Notes: generated by a model from the letters alone, not told the origin. 64,000 nt of DNA from Phycisphaeraceae bacterium (GCA_963674705.1 OY771506.1:3808001-3872000), one strand, 5' to 3'. Shown: positions 1-10,454, counted from the first letter of the stretch. Made by a program: numbers and translations.

Positions 1-2
1 AC

Positions 3-1196
3 GAAGTCGTCGATTGCAGTGGGGCGGTCCTGATGCCGGGGCTGGTCAACGGGCACACACACCTGTACTCCGCACTCGCGGCCGGGATGCCCGCACCGCC
101 GAAGACACCGAGCAACTTTCAAGAGATACTCAAATACATCTGGTGGCGGCTGGACCGGGCGCATGATCGGGACAGCATCCGCATGAGTGGGTTGGTCGGC
201 TCGCTTGCTGCTTTACGTTGCGGCACGACGACGCTCATCGATCACCACGCATCACCGAATGCGATCGAAAACAGCCTATCCGTGCTTGAAGAAGGCATCG
301 CCGAAGCCGGCTGTCGGGCGGTGTTGTGTTACGAAGTCACCGACCGAAACTACAAAGATGAAGCGAAACGCGGTCTGGAAGAAAACGCACGCTACATCAG
401 GCATTGCCGAGATCGAAAAGACGACCGTTTCGCTGGCCTCGTCGGCGCCCACGCCAGCTTTACCCTTTCTAACAAATCACTTGCCGACTGTGTCGAACTG
501 GCAAAGGAACTGAAAGCCGGAATCCACATCCACGTCGCGGAAGACCCGTGCGATCAAGCGATCACACGTGAGAAGTTTGGCGTGGGCTTATTCGAGCGTT
601 TCAAGAACCTGGGTGTGTTTGATGTGCCCGACACGATCTTCGCCCACGGCACCCACCTGTCCGAGAACGACATCCGCTGTGTCAATCAACACGGCACAAT
701 CACCATGGCGCACAACACGAACTCGAACATGAACAACGCGGTGGGCTACGCCCCCGTGGCAAAGTTCGACCGGCCACCCATGCTCGGCACCGATGGCATC
801 GGTGCGGATATGTGGCGCGAAGCACGCACTGCTCAATTCAAGAGCCACGATGGGCAGTTGCCTTTGCCGTTTGGGCGACCGCTGGCGATGATCGGTGAAT
901 CCGCCCGTTTTGCCTCGAAGAGTCTGGGCGTAGAACTCGGAGTTCTGGGAGTCGGTGCCGAAGCCGACCTGGTTTTGACGAAGTATGTGCCCGCCACGCC
1001 GCTGTCTGCCGACAACCTCGCGGGCCACTTCATCTATGCCATGGGCCCGGAGTTCGTTTCTGATGTTATGGTCTCAGGCGAATGGAAGCTGCGCAATGGC
1101 ATGATTCTAAGTTGTGATGAAGCCGCGGCCCGTACTCAGAGTGTGCAGGTTGCGCATGCGTTGCATCAACGCATGGCTGCAGTACCTTGTGAATAA
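3..1196 (+). CDS. ssnA: Amidohydrolase, SsnA-like (5'-partial; frame is open to the window edge)
   Basis: PGLVNGHTHLYS HxH metal motif, GTTTLIDHHAS, GAHASFT, HIHVAE, LGTDG; context with ygeW/ygeY/arcC/xdh. Confidence 0.8.
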   Translation, partial: EVVDCSGAVLMPGLVNGHTHLYSALAAGMPAPPKTPSNFQEILKYIWWRLDRAHDRDSIRMSGLVGSLAALRCGTTTLIDHHASPNAIENSLSVLEEGIAEAGCRAVLCYEVTDRNYKDEAKRGLEENARYIRHCRDRKDDRFAGLVGAHASFTLSNKSLADCVELAKELKAGIHIHVAEDPCDQAITREKFGVGLFERFKNLGVFDVPDTIFAHGTHLSENDIRCVNQHGTITMAHNTNSNMNNAVGYAPVAKFDRPPMLGTDGIGADMWREARTAQFKSHDGQLPLPFGRPLAMIGESARFASKSLGVELGVLGVGAEADLVLTKYVPATPLSADNLAGHFIYAMGPEFVSDVMVSGEWKLRNGMILSCDEAAARTQSVQVAHALHQRMAAVPCE

Positions 1197-1211
1197 CCAC
1201 AGCAATAAACA

Positions 1212-2960
1212 TTACTGCATCTGCTCAGGCTGATCGGCCGGGGCCTCATCGAGTTTAATCGTGAATGACTGGTCGGGTTCGAGCATGAAACGGTCGTGCA
1301 GGGGGCTGTAGGCGACCATGTAGACGGTGTTGCCGTCGGGCTGGAATTCGACCAAACGCAAATACGCTTCGCCGCCGAGTTCGCGCATCTGGTAGTTGGC
1401 GAGGACCTGGTGTACGAGGTCGCCGTTATCGTTGGGATCAGCGCGGTAGCCAGTGCCGTTGTTGAGGACGTGGCCGTTGAAGGTGAAAACGAAGTTATGC
1501 TTGCGGACGAGTTTGTCCCACAGTTCCTGGCCGTCGTTGACCTGTGGCGTGCGGTAGTTGTGGGGATTCCAAGAATTGGGGTGCGACTTGTCGGTGTGAT
1601 CGTATCGGCGGGAGTTGGAGAAGAGGAATGCGTGCGTTATCAAGATGCCTTTACGGTCGGGGTGTTTATCCATGATGCGGTTTGCCCACTCGACGACCTC
1701 ATCACGCGGCCCCCATTCCAGAGCGAGGATGATCCACTTGTCGCCGCCGGCTTCAAAGAGGTGATAGGTGTTATCCAGTTCACCTTCTTTGTATGCGCCA
1801 CCGAAGGTCGGCATGCTCGCAGTCGTCTTGAATGAGATGTAATCGTTCAGATAAGTGTCGCGTGTGGAGGCGTCGCCGGAGGGCCCGTAATCATGGTTGC
1901 CGGGTACAAGCGCATAAGGAACGACACCATCCAGTAATCGCATCGAAGCGGATGCACGCTGCCATTCCGTGATCGCGTTGTTGTCGGTGATATCGCCGAG
2001 GTGCAGGACATACTTGATGTTGCGGTCCTTGACGTGCTCGCGGATCCATGCGGTCTGTGCGCTGAACAGGCCGGGGTAGCGCACGGAATAGACCTGTGTA
2101 TCCGGCAACAGCACCAGCGTCCACGCACCGTCCACAAATTCATGTTTGTCTCTGGGTGCCGGCGTGACGTTAATCGCAGCGGCTTTTCTCGCATCGACAT
2201 CACGGACGTGTTTTAAAAGGTTAGAGGCAAACCGTTTTGCGAGTTCGTCTCTCTCAGCAGACACTGATCGTTTGCCATCTTCGTCCAGCAGTTTATCAAT
2301 GCTCATCGCTGCCAACACGATGCGTCCCTGGCCGTATGCGCCTTCCATCAGGGCGGGGTATTGCGCGGACGTATCGGCACTGAGGATGACCTCGAAGCCG
2401 CCTTGCTTGTCGAACAATTCCCAGCCAAGGTGCGGGTCGGAGGCTGTCAGTTTTCCGTCGGCAACCGCCATGCCTTGTACCAGCGTGTGCTCAGGTGACA
2501 GGACATGCAATGTTGCCGAATCGGTATCGCATCGATGCGCCGCCTGCGTGGTCGGCAGGAACGGCGGCTCCGGTTCTGCCTGGTCGGCCTGCGTCATCTG
2601 CACAAGCACGTTGCCATCATCCACGAACTTGTACAGGTCCTCTTTGAACTTTTTCATGTAGGCTTTGTATTCCGGGCTGTCGCTCGCGAAGCTGCCGATG
2701 AATACAAGACCGGATAGTCCCCAGGGAGAGCTATCCATCGACAAGGGTTTAACATCAAAACCCGCTTCGGACAGCATCGCCGCTGCGCCGTTTTTCTTCG
2801 TCCACTGATCGCGATAATCCCAGACATAAGCGGTGACGGGTTTGGACATGGCTGTCTCTATAGTTTCTTGTGCGTGTGTAAGGTCGGGAGTTACGGATAG
2901 GCAGGAGACCGCTATCAATAGCGATAAAGCAGATGTGAGTGCAAAGCTGTTTTTAAACAT
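1212..2960 (-). CDS. Secreted calcineurin-like metallophosphoesterase with an N-terminal accessory domain
   Basis: Signal peptide-like N-terminus; motifs LPDTQ, HLGDITD, PGNHDY, ITH, FNGHV. Confidence 0.8.
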   Translation of the reverse strand: MFKNSFALTSALSLLIAVSCLSVTPDLTHAQETIETAMSKPVTAYVWDYRDQWTKKNGAAAMLSEAGFDVKPLSMDSSPWGLSGLVFIGSFASDSPEYKAYMKKFKEDLYKFVDDGNVLVQMTQADQAEPEPPFLPTTQAAHRCDTDSATLHVLSPEHTLVQGMAVADGKLTASDPHLGWELFDKQGGFEVILSADTSAQYPALMEGAYGQGRIVLAAMSIDKLLDEDGKRSVSAERDELAKRFASNLLKHVRDVDARKAAAINVTPAPRDKHEFVDGAWTLVLLPDTQVYSVRYPGLFSAQTAWIREHVKDRNIKYVLHLGDITDNNAITEWQRASASMRLLDGVVPYALVPGNHDYGPSGDASTRDTYLNDYISFKTTASMPTFGGAYKEGELDNTYHLFEAGGDKWIILALEWGPRDEVVEWANRIMDKHPDRKGILITHAFLFSNSRRYDHTDKSHPNSWNPHNYRTPQVNDGQELWDKLVRKHNFVFTFNGHVLNNGTGYRADPNDNGDLVHQVLANYQMRELGGEAYLRLVEFQPDGNTVYMVAYSPLHDRFMLEPDQSFTIKLDEAPADQPEQMQ

Positions 2961-3109
2961 GAGCAGCGGACCTTATGTTTGACCGGATTTGATGCCGAAC
3001 GATGCTATTGAAGATCATAAACCGCGCATGTTAGCGATACGTGAGGTGGGGTCAATCAGAGATGTCCGGCCGGGCGGTGCGCGGTGGAAATCGATAAGGC
3101 GTGAATCGA

Positions 3110-4069
3110 TCAGCGTCGGGTAATCCGCGTTCCGCTTTGTCCATCCAGCGCATCCATCAATCGTGGCAATTCTGCGATAATCGCTTCGGCATCCATGTCC
3201 TTTGAGCTTTCAACAAAATCGATTGCAGCCTCGATCTTGGGGCGCATCGAGCCATCCGCAAAGTGACCCGTAGTAAGATAACGCTTGGCTTCATCAACCG
3301 TCATTTTGTTAAGTGGTTTCTGATCGGGCTTGCCATAATTCAAACAGACACGGTCGACCGCGGTAAGGATGATCAAGGTTTTTGCGTTCAGCTCTTTAGC
3401 AAGCAAGGCAGAAGTCCGGTCCTTGTCGATCACGGCCGCCGCTCCTCGGAAGTTGCCCTGTTCATCTTGAATCACAGGCACGCCGCCACCGCCACAACAG
3501 ACAACTAATTCACCATCCTCAACCAGCCGGCGGATCGTGTTGACTTCGAGAATCGACTTGGGATGTGGTGAAGGTACCACGCGCCGATACATCCTGTCAC
3601 TGACAGGTACGATCGACCAGCCGTCGTTATCGCGGTGATTGAACGCAAGCGCCTCATCCATCGGCAGGCCGATCGGCTTGCTTGGTTTCTTGAAGTCCGG
3701 ATCCTTCTTGTCTATCAGGACGTTCGTGACAAGCGTCGTAACATCACGATCGATACCACGCTTGCGCATCGCGTTCTTCATGCACTGCGCGATCATGTAG
3801 CCCATGCCCGCCTGCGTATCGGCCACGCAGATCTCCAGCGGCAGGGGGTACATTTCATGAGATGCGATTTCGACACGCCGCAACACATTGCCGACCTGCG
3901 GCCCGTTGCCGTGGGTCAGGACAATGTGTAAACCTCGTTCGATCGCACGTACGAGGTGGCGAGCAGTGTCCGACATATGCGCGAACTGCTGCGGGATGTT
4001 CCCCTGTTCCCCCGGCGCACTGATCGCGTTGCCCCCCAAAGCAATCACAGTTGGTCGGGGATCACTCAT
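3110..4069 (-). CDS. arcC: Carbamate kinase
   Basis: VIALGGNA, THGNGPQVG, RRVVPSP, GGGGVPV, AVIDKD, GSMRPKIEAA; ATG at 4069 preferred as start. Confidence 0.95.
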   Translation of the reverse strand: MSDPRPTVIALGGNAISAPGEQGNIPQQFAHMSDTARHLVRAIERGLHIVLTHGNGPQVGNVLRRVEIASHEMYPLPLEICVADTQAGMGYMIAQCMKNAMRKRGIDRDVTTLVTNVLIDKKDPDFKKPSKPIGLPMDEALAFNHRDNDGWSIVPVSDRMYRRVVPSPHPKSILEVNTIRRLVEDGELVVCCGGGGVPVIQDEQGNFRGAAAVIDKDRTSALLAKELNAKTLIILTAVDRVCLNYGKPDQKPLNKMTVDEAKRYLTTGHFADGSMRPKIEAAIDFVESSKDMDAEAIIAELPRLMDALDGQSGTRITRR

Positions 4070-4094
4070 ATCGTTAACCAATAACGGGATCGTT

Positions 4095-4183
4095 AACAGG
4101 GATAAACACAGATAAACACGGATCAGTCATGATCTTCGTCAGTTAGCAAATCACATCTGTGTTCATCTGTGTTTATCCCTGTT
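4095..4183. repeat. 29-bp inverted repeat built from (a/g)ataaacac units
   Basis: aacagggataaacacagataaacacggat (4095-4123) vs atctgtgttcatctgtgtttatccctgtt (4155-4183). Confidence 0.85.
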
Positions 4184-4196
4184 CCATATTCTGAAA

Positions 4197-5234
4197 TCAG
4201 AACGGTCTTTCACGCATCGTGCAGGCCATGATCGACTTGGCGGTGTGCAGGCGGTTCTCGGCTTCCTGGAAGACGATGCTCTGCGGGCCGTCGATCACGG
4301 CGTCGGTTACTTCGCTGCCACGGTCGGCGGGCAGGCAGTGCATGTACACGGCAGAATCCTTCGCACGACTCATCCGCTTCTCATCGCAGATCCAGTCCTT
4401 GTGCTTGTGATTCATTTCAAGGCACGCTTTTTCATTCTCGTTGATTTCCGCCTGACTGGTCGCCTGGAGGCGTTCGAGCATCAGGTCATATACGCCCCAG
4501 CTCTTGGGATAGACGATGTCCGCATCCTCGAACGCGGCATCCATATCTTCGACGATCTGGAACGAACCGCCGGACTTCGCGGCGTTCGCCTTGGCCGACT
4601 CGATTGTCCGGTCGATCAGGTTGTATCCCTTCGGGTGTGCCAGCGAGACGTGCATCCCGAAACGCGTCATCAACGTGATTAAGCCCTGCGGCACACTTAA
4701 CGGCTTAGCGTACGATGGCGCATACGCCCATGTCACTGCGATCTTCAGGCCCTTGACGTTATCTTTGCCGAAGTGTTCGCGGATGGTCATGATGTCGGCC
4801 AGTGTTTGTGTCGGGTGGTCGACATCGCACTGCATGTTGATGACCGGCACGTTTGCGGCCTCCGCCATCTCACGCATGTACTTGTTACCCGCGCCGAGGA
4901 TCAGGTCGTGCCGGCAGCAGATGCCGTGGCCCATCGCGGCGAGGATCTTGCCGGTATCGGCAGCGGTTTCGCCGTGGCTGATCTGCGTGGCGCTGGAATC
5001 CAAAAAGTGTGCGTGCCCGCCGAGTTGAGTCATGCCTGCTTCAAATGCGTTGCGTGTGCGTGTGGATTTATCAAAAAACAGCAGGAACGCCGTCTGGTGG
5101 GGGAGCAACTGCGTCGGTTCGCCCCGGTGGAATTTGGCTTTCAACTCGTCCGCTGTTTCCAATAACAGATCGATCTCAGCGTCGCTGAGATCCTGCGTTT
5201 CGATATAATCTTTACCTTTGAGGCTGTTCGTCAT
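4197..5234 (-). CDS. ygeW: YgeW-like carbamoyltransferase (OTCase superfamily)
   Basis: STRTR, HPTQ, HCLPA, plus the YgeW-type signature AVTWAYAPSYAKPLSVPQG and IVYPKSW. Confidence 0.85.
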   Translation of the reverse strand: MTNSLKGKDYIETQDLSDAEIDLLLETADELKAKFHRGEPTQLLPHQTAFLLFFDKSTRTRNAFEAGMTQLGGHAHFLDSSATQISHGETAADTGKILAAMGHGICCRHDLILGAGNKYMREMAEAANVPVINMQCDVDHPTQTLADIMTIREHFGKDNVKGLKIAVTWAYAPSYAKPLSVPQGLITLMTRFGMHVSLAHPKGYNLIDRTIESAKANAAKSGGSFQIVEDMDAAFEDADIVYPKSWGVYDLMLERLQATSQAEINENEKACLEMNHKHKDWICDEKRMSRAKDSAVYMHCLPADRGSEVTDAVIDGPQSIVFQEAENRLHTAKSIMACTMRERPF

Positions 5235-5276
5235 CTATTCTGAATCCTTTATCAATCCTTAATTATGTCGATTAAC

Positions 5277-5305
5277 GTAAAGCCCGGGGATAGCCATCCC
5301 CGGGC
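5277..5305. repeat. REP-like palindrome
   Basis: gtaaa-gcccggggat-agcc-atccccgggc hairpin between ygeY and ygeW. Confidence 0.6.
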
Positions 5306-5316
5306 GTTAGATTTGA

Positions 5317-6594
5317 TTATGACTTTCTTCGTTTGACGTTCATTTTTGTTTTGTTTTCGCGCCCTGCAGCCAAATCACAATACGCCTGTCCGAACCCTGC
5401 GTAGAACGCGGCGCACTTGATCAGGTGATCGATCGGCACCGAGTCATTGACGGTATGGGCAACGTTTTCCGGTGCCGGGCCGAAGCCGACACAGGGGATG
5501 CCGTACATACCGGCGATGGATACCGCGTTCGTGCTGAACGTCCAGCGGTGCAATGTCGGGACTGCACCTAACACATCCCGATGTGCCTTGATCGCGGCCT
5601 GCACCTGCAAGGCATCCTCCGGCTCGCACCACGTCGGGAAGTATTTTTCCGTCTCGTAGGTCAGACCAGTGTAGCTGGGTCTTTCGTAGCGGAGCACCTC
5701 GACCTTCGCTTTGACACCCGCACGCTTGATCGCGTCTTTCACCTCACGCACGGCTGATGTCTTCGTATCCCCAACCGTCAGCCGACGGTCCAGGTGGATA
5801 AACGCCTCGCCCGGTACGGCACACATGCTCGGTGTCTTGCAATCGACATAACTGACGGTGATTGTCCCTTTGCCGAGGAACTCATCCGCCTTCAGACGCT
5901 TGTTGAGTTTCTCGATCTCGTTGGCGATCTTGGCAATCTTGTAGATGGCGTTGTCGCCCTTGTGGGGCATGGAGCCGTGGCAGCTCTTACCCTTGGCGGT
6001 GACGCCGATCTCCATCCGCCCGCGGTGACCCCGCAGGATCCAGCAGTTGGTCGAGTCGGTCACGACCACAGCGTCCGGCCTGATCTTGTCTTCATTAACG
6101 ATGTACTGCCAGCAGAGCCCGTCACAGTCTTCTTCCATGACGGTGAACGTCAGCAGCAGACAATACTCACTCAAATCGACTTTCAGGTCCCGCATGATCT
6201 TCGCGGCGTAAACCATTGCTGGGATCGCGCCTTCCTGGTCGCCGGCACCCCGCCCCCAGACCTTGCCATCCGCGATCTTGCCCTTGTACGGATCATGTTT
6301 CCACTCAGATCGGTCGCCGACACCGACAGTGTCGACGTGGGCGTCGATAGCAAGTAACTTCTTTCCTTTTCCGGGCTTACCGACCATTCCGAGCAGGTTG
6401 CCCATTTTGTCGACCCAGATCTTGTCAAAGGCCTTGGTCGACTCCATCTCCTTGCGGATCCGGGCGATGACTTTGCCTTCCTCGGCGGACTCCGAAGGGA
6501 TAGCGATCATGTCCCGCAAGAAGCGGATCATTTTGGGCTTATATTTTTCGGCTTGTTTTACGAACTGGGACGTTCCGGGGCTGGTTGTAGGCAT
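5317..6594 (-). CDS. ygeY: YgeY family M20 metallohydrolase
   Basis: DAHVDTVG, GRGAGDQEG, VMEEDCDGLCWQY, GHRGRMEI, WTFSTN; start moved to ATG 6594 (MPTTSPG). Confidence 0.9.
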   Translation of the reverse strand: MPTTSPGTSQFVKQAEKYKPKMIRFLRDMIAIPSESAEEGKVIARIRKEMESTKAFDKIWVDKMGNLLGMVGKPGKGKKLLAIDAHVDTVGVGDRSEWKHDPYKGKIADGKVWGRGAGDQEGAIPAMVYAAKIMRDLKVDLSEYCLLLTFTVMEEDCDGLCWQYIVNEDKIRPDAVVVTDSTNCWILRGHRGRMEIGVTAKGKSCHGSMPHKGDNAIYKIAKIANEIEKLNKRLKADEFLGKGTITVSYVDCKTPSMCAVPGEAFIHLDRRLTVGDTKTSAVREVKDAIKRAGVKAKVEVLRYERPSYTGLTYETEKYFPTWCEPEDALQVQAAIKAHRDVLGAVPTLHRWTFSTNAVSIAGMYGIPCVGFGPAPENVAHTVNDSVPIDHLIKCAAFYAGFGQAYCDLAAGRENKTKMNVKRRKS

Positions 6595-6827
6595 AGACCT
6601 GTCTTTATACCCGAGAACCTCAATGTCACAAAGCGAAATTTTCACAAGTTTCGCTTGGTGATTCAGGCCAAAGAGGCGACAATGTCGATTGGTGGAAGGA
6701 TAGTCCGCCCACGGAAGCGTTCGGATACCGTCATCCACTTCCAAAGGCGGGCACGAGTTGGCCACCGGTCAATGAGTAACCGGATCTGGGGATATCAGGG
6801 GGAGGACCCCAAGCGAGGCCAACGACT

Positions 6828-9497
6828 ATGAGTACTTCTACGCCTATGTCCACCACACCCCAAAGCACACTTACCTGCACCGTCAACGGCAAGCCCGTCA
6901 CGGTCGATCTGGCCGATGACGGCCTGACGCTGCTGGACGTCCTGCGCGACCAGCTCGGTATCACCTCGCCTAAGAACGGCTGCCAGCCGCAAGCCCAGTG
7001 CGGATGCTGCACGGTCCTCGTCGATGGCAAACCCATGCTCAGCTGTACCATGAAGCCCAGCCGGGTCGAGGGCAAATCCGTCACGACGCTGGAAGGTTTA
7101 GAACAAGAGCACCGCAAACAGATTGCCGACAGCTTCGTGCAATCCGGCGGCGTGCAGTGCGGTTTCTGTATCCCGGGCTTTGCGATGCGTGGCGTGGGGC
7201 TGTGCAATGAGAACCCGACACCGACCCGTGATGAGATTACCAAGGCGATCCGCCCTCACCTCTGTCGATGCACCGGTTACAAGCAGATCGTCGACAGCAT
7301 CGAACTCTACAGCAAGGTGCGTAACGGCCAACCGATGCCTGAGACGCCCGAAGCCGACAACTCGGGCAAAGTCGGTACCAGCCTGCCGCGTTACACCGGT
7401 CATGATGCTGTGCTGGGCGATCGTAAATACGTCGACGACATGACCGTCCCCGGCATGCTCTACGGCGCTCTGCGCCTGGCGGACCATCCCCGTGCAACGT
7501 TCGTCAAGCTCGATGCCAGTAAGGCGCTTGCGCTTGAGGGCGTGCATCATGTCTTTACCGCCAAGGATGTGCCGGGCGAGATCTACGTCGGGCTGATCGA
7601 AAAAGACTGGCCGGTATTCGTCGCACCTGGAACCGACACGCGTTGCACGGGTGATGTCATTGCTGCCGTGGTCGCGGACAACCAGAAACTGGCTCGCAAA
7701 GCCGCAGAGCTGCTCGAGATTGAATACATCGTCAAGGAGCCGGTGACGGACCCGGTTGAAGCCTTGAAGCCCGATGCGCCGCTGGTTCACCCGCAGCGTG
7801 GTACCAACCTGTTGAGTGAATCACGCCTCGTGAAGGGTGATGTCGAGGCCGCTTTCGCCAAGTGCGCCCACATCATCGAAGACACGTACCGCACGCAGCA
7901 CATCGAGCATATGTTCCTTGAGCCCGAGGCCTGTATCGCCGTGCCCGGAGAATCGGAAGCGGGGCGGACGCTCAAGGTCTACAGCCAGGGGCAGGGCGTG
8001 TTTGATGACCGCCGACAGATCGCATCGGTGCTCGGGATCGATGAAAGCCGTATAGAAGTACAACTAGTAAGCAACGGCGGGGCGTTCGGCGGGAAGGAAG
8101 ATATGTCTGTCCAGGGCCAGACTGCCTTGCTTGCATATCTCACCGGTAAGCCGATCAAGATCACGCTGACAAGGCCGGAGAGTTTCCGAGTTCACGTGAA
8201 GCGTCACCCGATTACACTCACCTATAAAATCGGCTGCGATGCTGAGGGGCATATCCTGGCCGTGAAGTCAAGCATCATCGGGGACAAGGGGGCGTATGCC
8301 TCGGTTGGTGCGAAGGTGCTCGAACGTGCGGGCGGGCACTGTACAGGCCCGTACCGTGTGCCGAACATCGATATGAAGTCGCTTGCGGTCTACACGAACA
8401 ACCCTGCTTGCGGTGCGATGCGCGGCTTCGGCGCAAACCAGGCGGCATTTGCGGTGGAAGGATTGCTCGACCGGCTTGCCGAGAAGTGCGGGATCGATGG
8501 CTACGACATCCGTGACCGTAATATCCTCGAGCCGGGCGAAGCTTTCGCGACCGGACAGGTACTGGATAAACCGTTCGGCTTGCGTCGCACGCTCGAAGCT
8601 GTCAAAGATCAATACAAGAGCGCGAAGTACGCCGGGATCGCTTGCGGGATCAAGAATGTCGGTATCGGTAACGGTATGCCCGACATCGGCCGCGCCGCGA
8701 TCACCATCGAAGCGCCCGATCGCTTGCGCATCCGTACCGGCTTCACCGAGATGGGGCAGGGATTATTTACGCTCTGCATCCAGTTCGCCCATGAAGCCAC
8801 GGGATTGGCGCCTGAACTGTTCCAATGCCAGACCGATACCACGCTCATGCTCGACTGCGGCCAGACCACGGCCAGCCGTGCGACCGTGCTTGCAGGCAAC
8901 GCGATCGCAGAAGCAGGCAAAGCGCTCAAGGCCGCGCTCGATCAGGGTAAGACCCTTGAAGACCTCGTCGACCAGACCTTCAAAGGCGAGTGGCGCTGCG
9001 ACTACACCAGCAAACTCGGCAAGGACATGGACAAACCCGGCGGGCCCAAGACGCACATCACCTACGGCTTCGCCACCCAGGTCGCGATTCTCGACGACGA
9101 TGGCGCACTCAAGAAAATGATCGCTTGCCACGATGTCGGCAAAGTCATCAATCCCACCCAGCTCAAGGGCCAGATGTATGGCTCGCTGCACATGGGGATC
9201 GGTTACGCGCTTTCCGAAGACTTCCCGGTCGAGGATGCGATCATCCAGGCGAAGAAGATCAACGACTGTGGCGTCCTGCGGGCGCACCAGATGCCTGAGA
9301 TGGAGTTGATCTTCATCGAAGAGCCAGACCCCGAATGCCCGCACGGCGCACGCGGCGTCGGCGAGATCGGCCTGGTCCCGACCGCCCCGGCTATCGCGGG
9401 TGCGATGTATCAATTTGATCATGTCATCAGGCGTCAATTGCCGATGACCGATTCGCCGGCAGGTCAGGCGATCAAGAAACCGAAACGGTCTGTTTGA
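6828..9497 (+). CDS. xdh: Selenium-dependent-type xanthine dehydrogenase, 2Fe-2S domain fused to molybdopterin-binding subunit
   Basis: GCQPQAQCGCC, QCGFCIPG, LCRCTGY, GGAFGGKED, AMRGFG, TTASR, GVGEIG; no FAD domain. Confidence 0.85.
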   Translation: MSTSTPMSTTPQSTLTCTVNGKPVTVDLADDGLTLLDVLRDQLGITSPKNGCQPQAQCGCCTVLVDGKPMLSCTMKPSRVEGKSVTTLEGLEQEHRKQIADSFVQSGGVQCGFCIPGFAMRGVGLCNENPTPTRDEITKAIRPHLCRCTGYKQIVDSIELYSKVRNGQPMPETPEADNSGKVGTSLPRYTGHDAVLGDRKYVDDMTVPGMLYGALRLADHPRATFVKLDASKALALEGVHHVFTAKDVPGEIYVGLIEKDWPVFVAPGTDTRCTGDVIAAVVADNQKLARKAAELLEIEYIVKEPVTDPVEALKPDAPLVHPQRGTNLLSESRLVKGDVEAAFAKCAHIIEDTYRTQHIEHMFLEPEACIAVPGESEAGRTLKVYSQGQGVFDDRRQIASVLGIDESRIEVQLVSNGGAFGGKEDMSVQGQTALLAYLTGKPIKITLTRPESFRVHVKRHPITLTYKIGCDAEGHILAVKSSIIGDKGAYASVGAKVLERAGGHCTGPYRVPNIDMKSLAVYTNNPACGAMRGFGANQAAFAVEGLLDRLAEKCGIDGYDIRDRNILEPGEAFATGQVLDKPFGLRRTLEAVKDQYKSAKYAGIACGIKNVGIGNGMPDIGRAAITIEAPDRLRIRTGFTEMGQGLFTLCIQFAHEATGLAPELFQCQTDTTLMLDCGQTTASRATVLAGNAIAEAGKALKAALDQGKTLEDLVDQTFKGEWRCDYTSKLGKDMDKPGGPKTHITYGFATQVAILDDDGALKKMIACHDVGKVINPTQLKGQMYGSLHMGIGYALSEDFPVEDAIIQAKKINDCGVLRAHQMPEMELIFIEEPDPECPHGARGVGEIGLVPTAPAIAGAMYQFDHVIRRQLPMTDSPAGQAIKKPKRSV

Positions 9498-9512
9498 TCT
9501 TCAATGTGATAA

Positions 9513-9620
9513 AGGGTCTAGGGTCTAGGGTATGGGGACTAGGGTCTAGCCGGAGTTAAGGGTCTGACTAACCACCAGACACGAGCCACCAGACACCAGC
9601 CACTAAGAACCAACCACCAA
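9513..9620. repeat. Degenerate heptamer tandem repeats (gggtcta)n and (accagac/c)n
   Basis: gggtcta gggtcta gggtatg gggacta gggtcta ... accagac acgagcc accagac accagcc. Confidence 0.7.
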
Positions 9621-9624
9621 AACC

Positions 9625-10227
9625 ATGTCCACCATCCACGCCATCATCCCCGCAGCGGGTCGATCAAATCGTATGGGCCAGCCCAAGCAGCTTCTGCCCG
9701 TTGATGGTCAACCGATGTTGTTGAGCGTGATCGATCCGCTTGTCTGTTGCGATCGAATAAACCGCACACTCGTTGTGACGAATAGCCTGGTTGCGGCTGA
9801 GATAGATATTGGTCAAACCGGCGCGATGGTCGTTTTAAATGACGAACCCGACGCTGAGATGATCGACTCGTTACGACTCGGAGTTGATGAACTGCAGAAG
9901 GTATGTGAATTGCAGGTTGATGATGGCATCCTGATCTGCCCCGGTGATCAGCCCGGGCTTGCCTCCGCAGAAGTCGCGGAATGCTGCTCGGTGTTTCAAC
10001 ATCAGCCTGGCAGGATCATCGTTGCCGCCCATGATGGCAAACGCGGGCACCCCATCATCTTCCCCGCATCACGCATCCCGTTCCTGATGTCACCCGCATG
10101 CGACACCGGTTTGCGAGAACTGGTATCAGCACATGAGGAAAATGTGGTTATGGTGGAAATCGCAAACTCGGCGGTATTGAGGAATATCAACACACCGGAT
10201 GACTATAAGCACATTTCAACCCAATGA
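9625..10227 (+). CDS. mocA: Molybdenum cofactor cytidylyltransferase (MocA/YgfJ family)
   Basis: IIPAAGRSNRMGQPKQLL, PGDQP, GKRGHPIIF, NINTPDDY; directly follows xdh. Confidence 0.85.
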   Translation: MSTIHAIIPAAGRSNRMGQPKQLLPVDGQPMLLSVIDPLVCCDRINRTLVVTNSLVAAEIDIGQTGAMVVLNDEPDAEMIDSLRLGVDELQKVCELQVDDGILICPGDQPGLASAEVAECCSVFQHQPGRIIVAAHDGKRGHPIIFPASRIPFLMSPACDTGLRELVSAHEENVVMVEIANSAVLRNINTPDDYKHISTQ

Positions 10228-10260
10228 GCCTGTCTTTGGTGGCAACAAATGAAATTGATT

Positions 10261-10415
10261 ATTAGCCACGGATGAACACAGATAAACACGGATTCAGAGC
10301 CAATGCATTACCTGCTTTGCTGCTGCGCGGTCAAAACAGGGCACCCGCTACAGGTGAATTGAGAATTCTCGATTATCTTATCTGTGTTTTTTATCCGTGT
10401 TCATCTGTGGCTAAT
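10261..10415. repeat. Long inverted repeat of the same family as 4095-4183, between convergent mocA and prpD
   Basis: attagccacggatgaacacagataaa vs tttatccgtgttcatctgtggctaat. Confidence 0.85.
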
Positions 10416-10454
10416 CCGCTTTCTGCACAAGATTCACAAACACAGAAGCAAGCA

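Noticed and set aside
6595..6765. N-terminal extension of ygeY
   Set aside because: No family resemblance; more likely the divergent promoter region shared with xdh
3..10227. Selenocysteine recoding in the selenium-linked cluster
   Set aside because: All ORFs are full length with no internal in-frame TGA; selenium in this enzyme class is a labile cofactor
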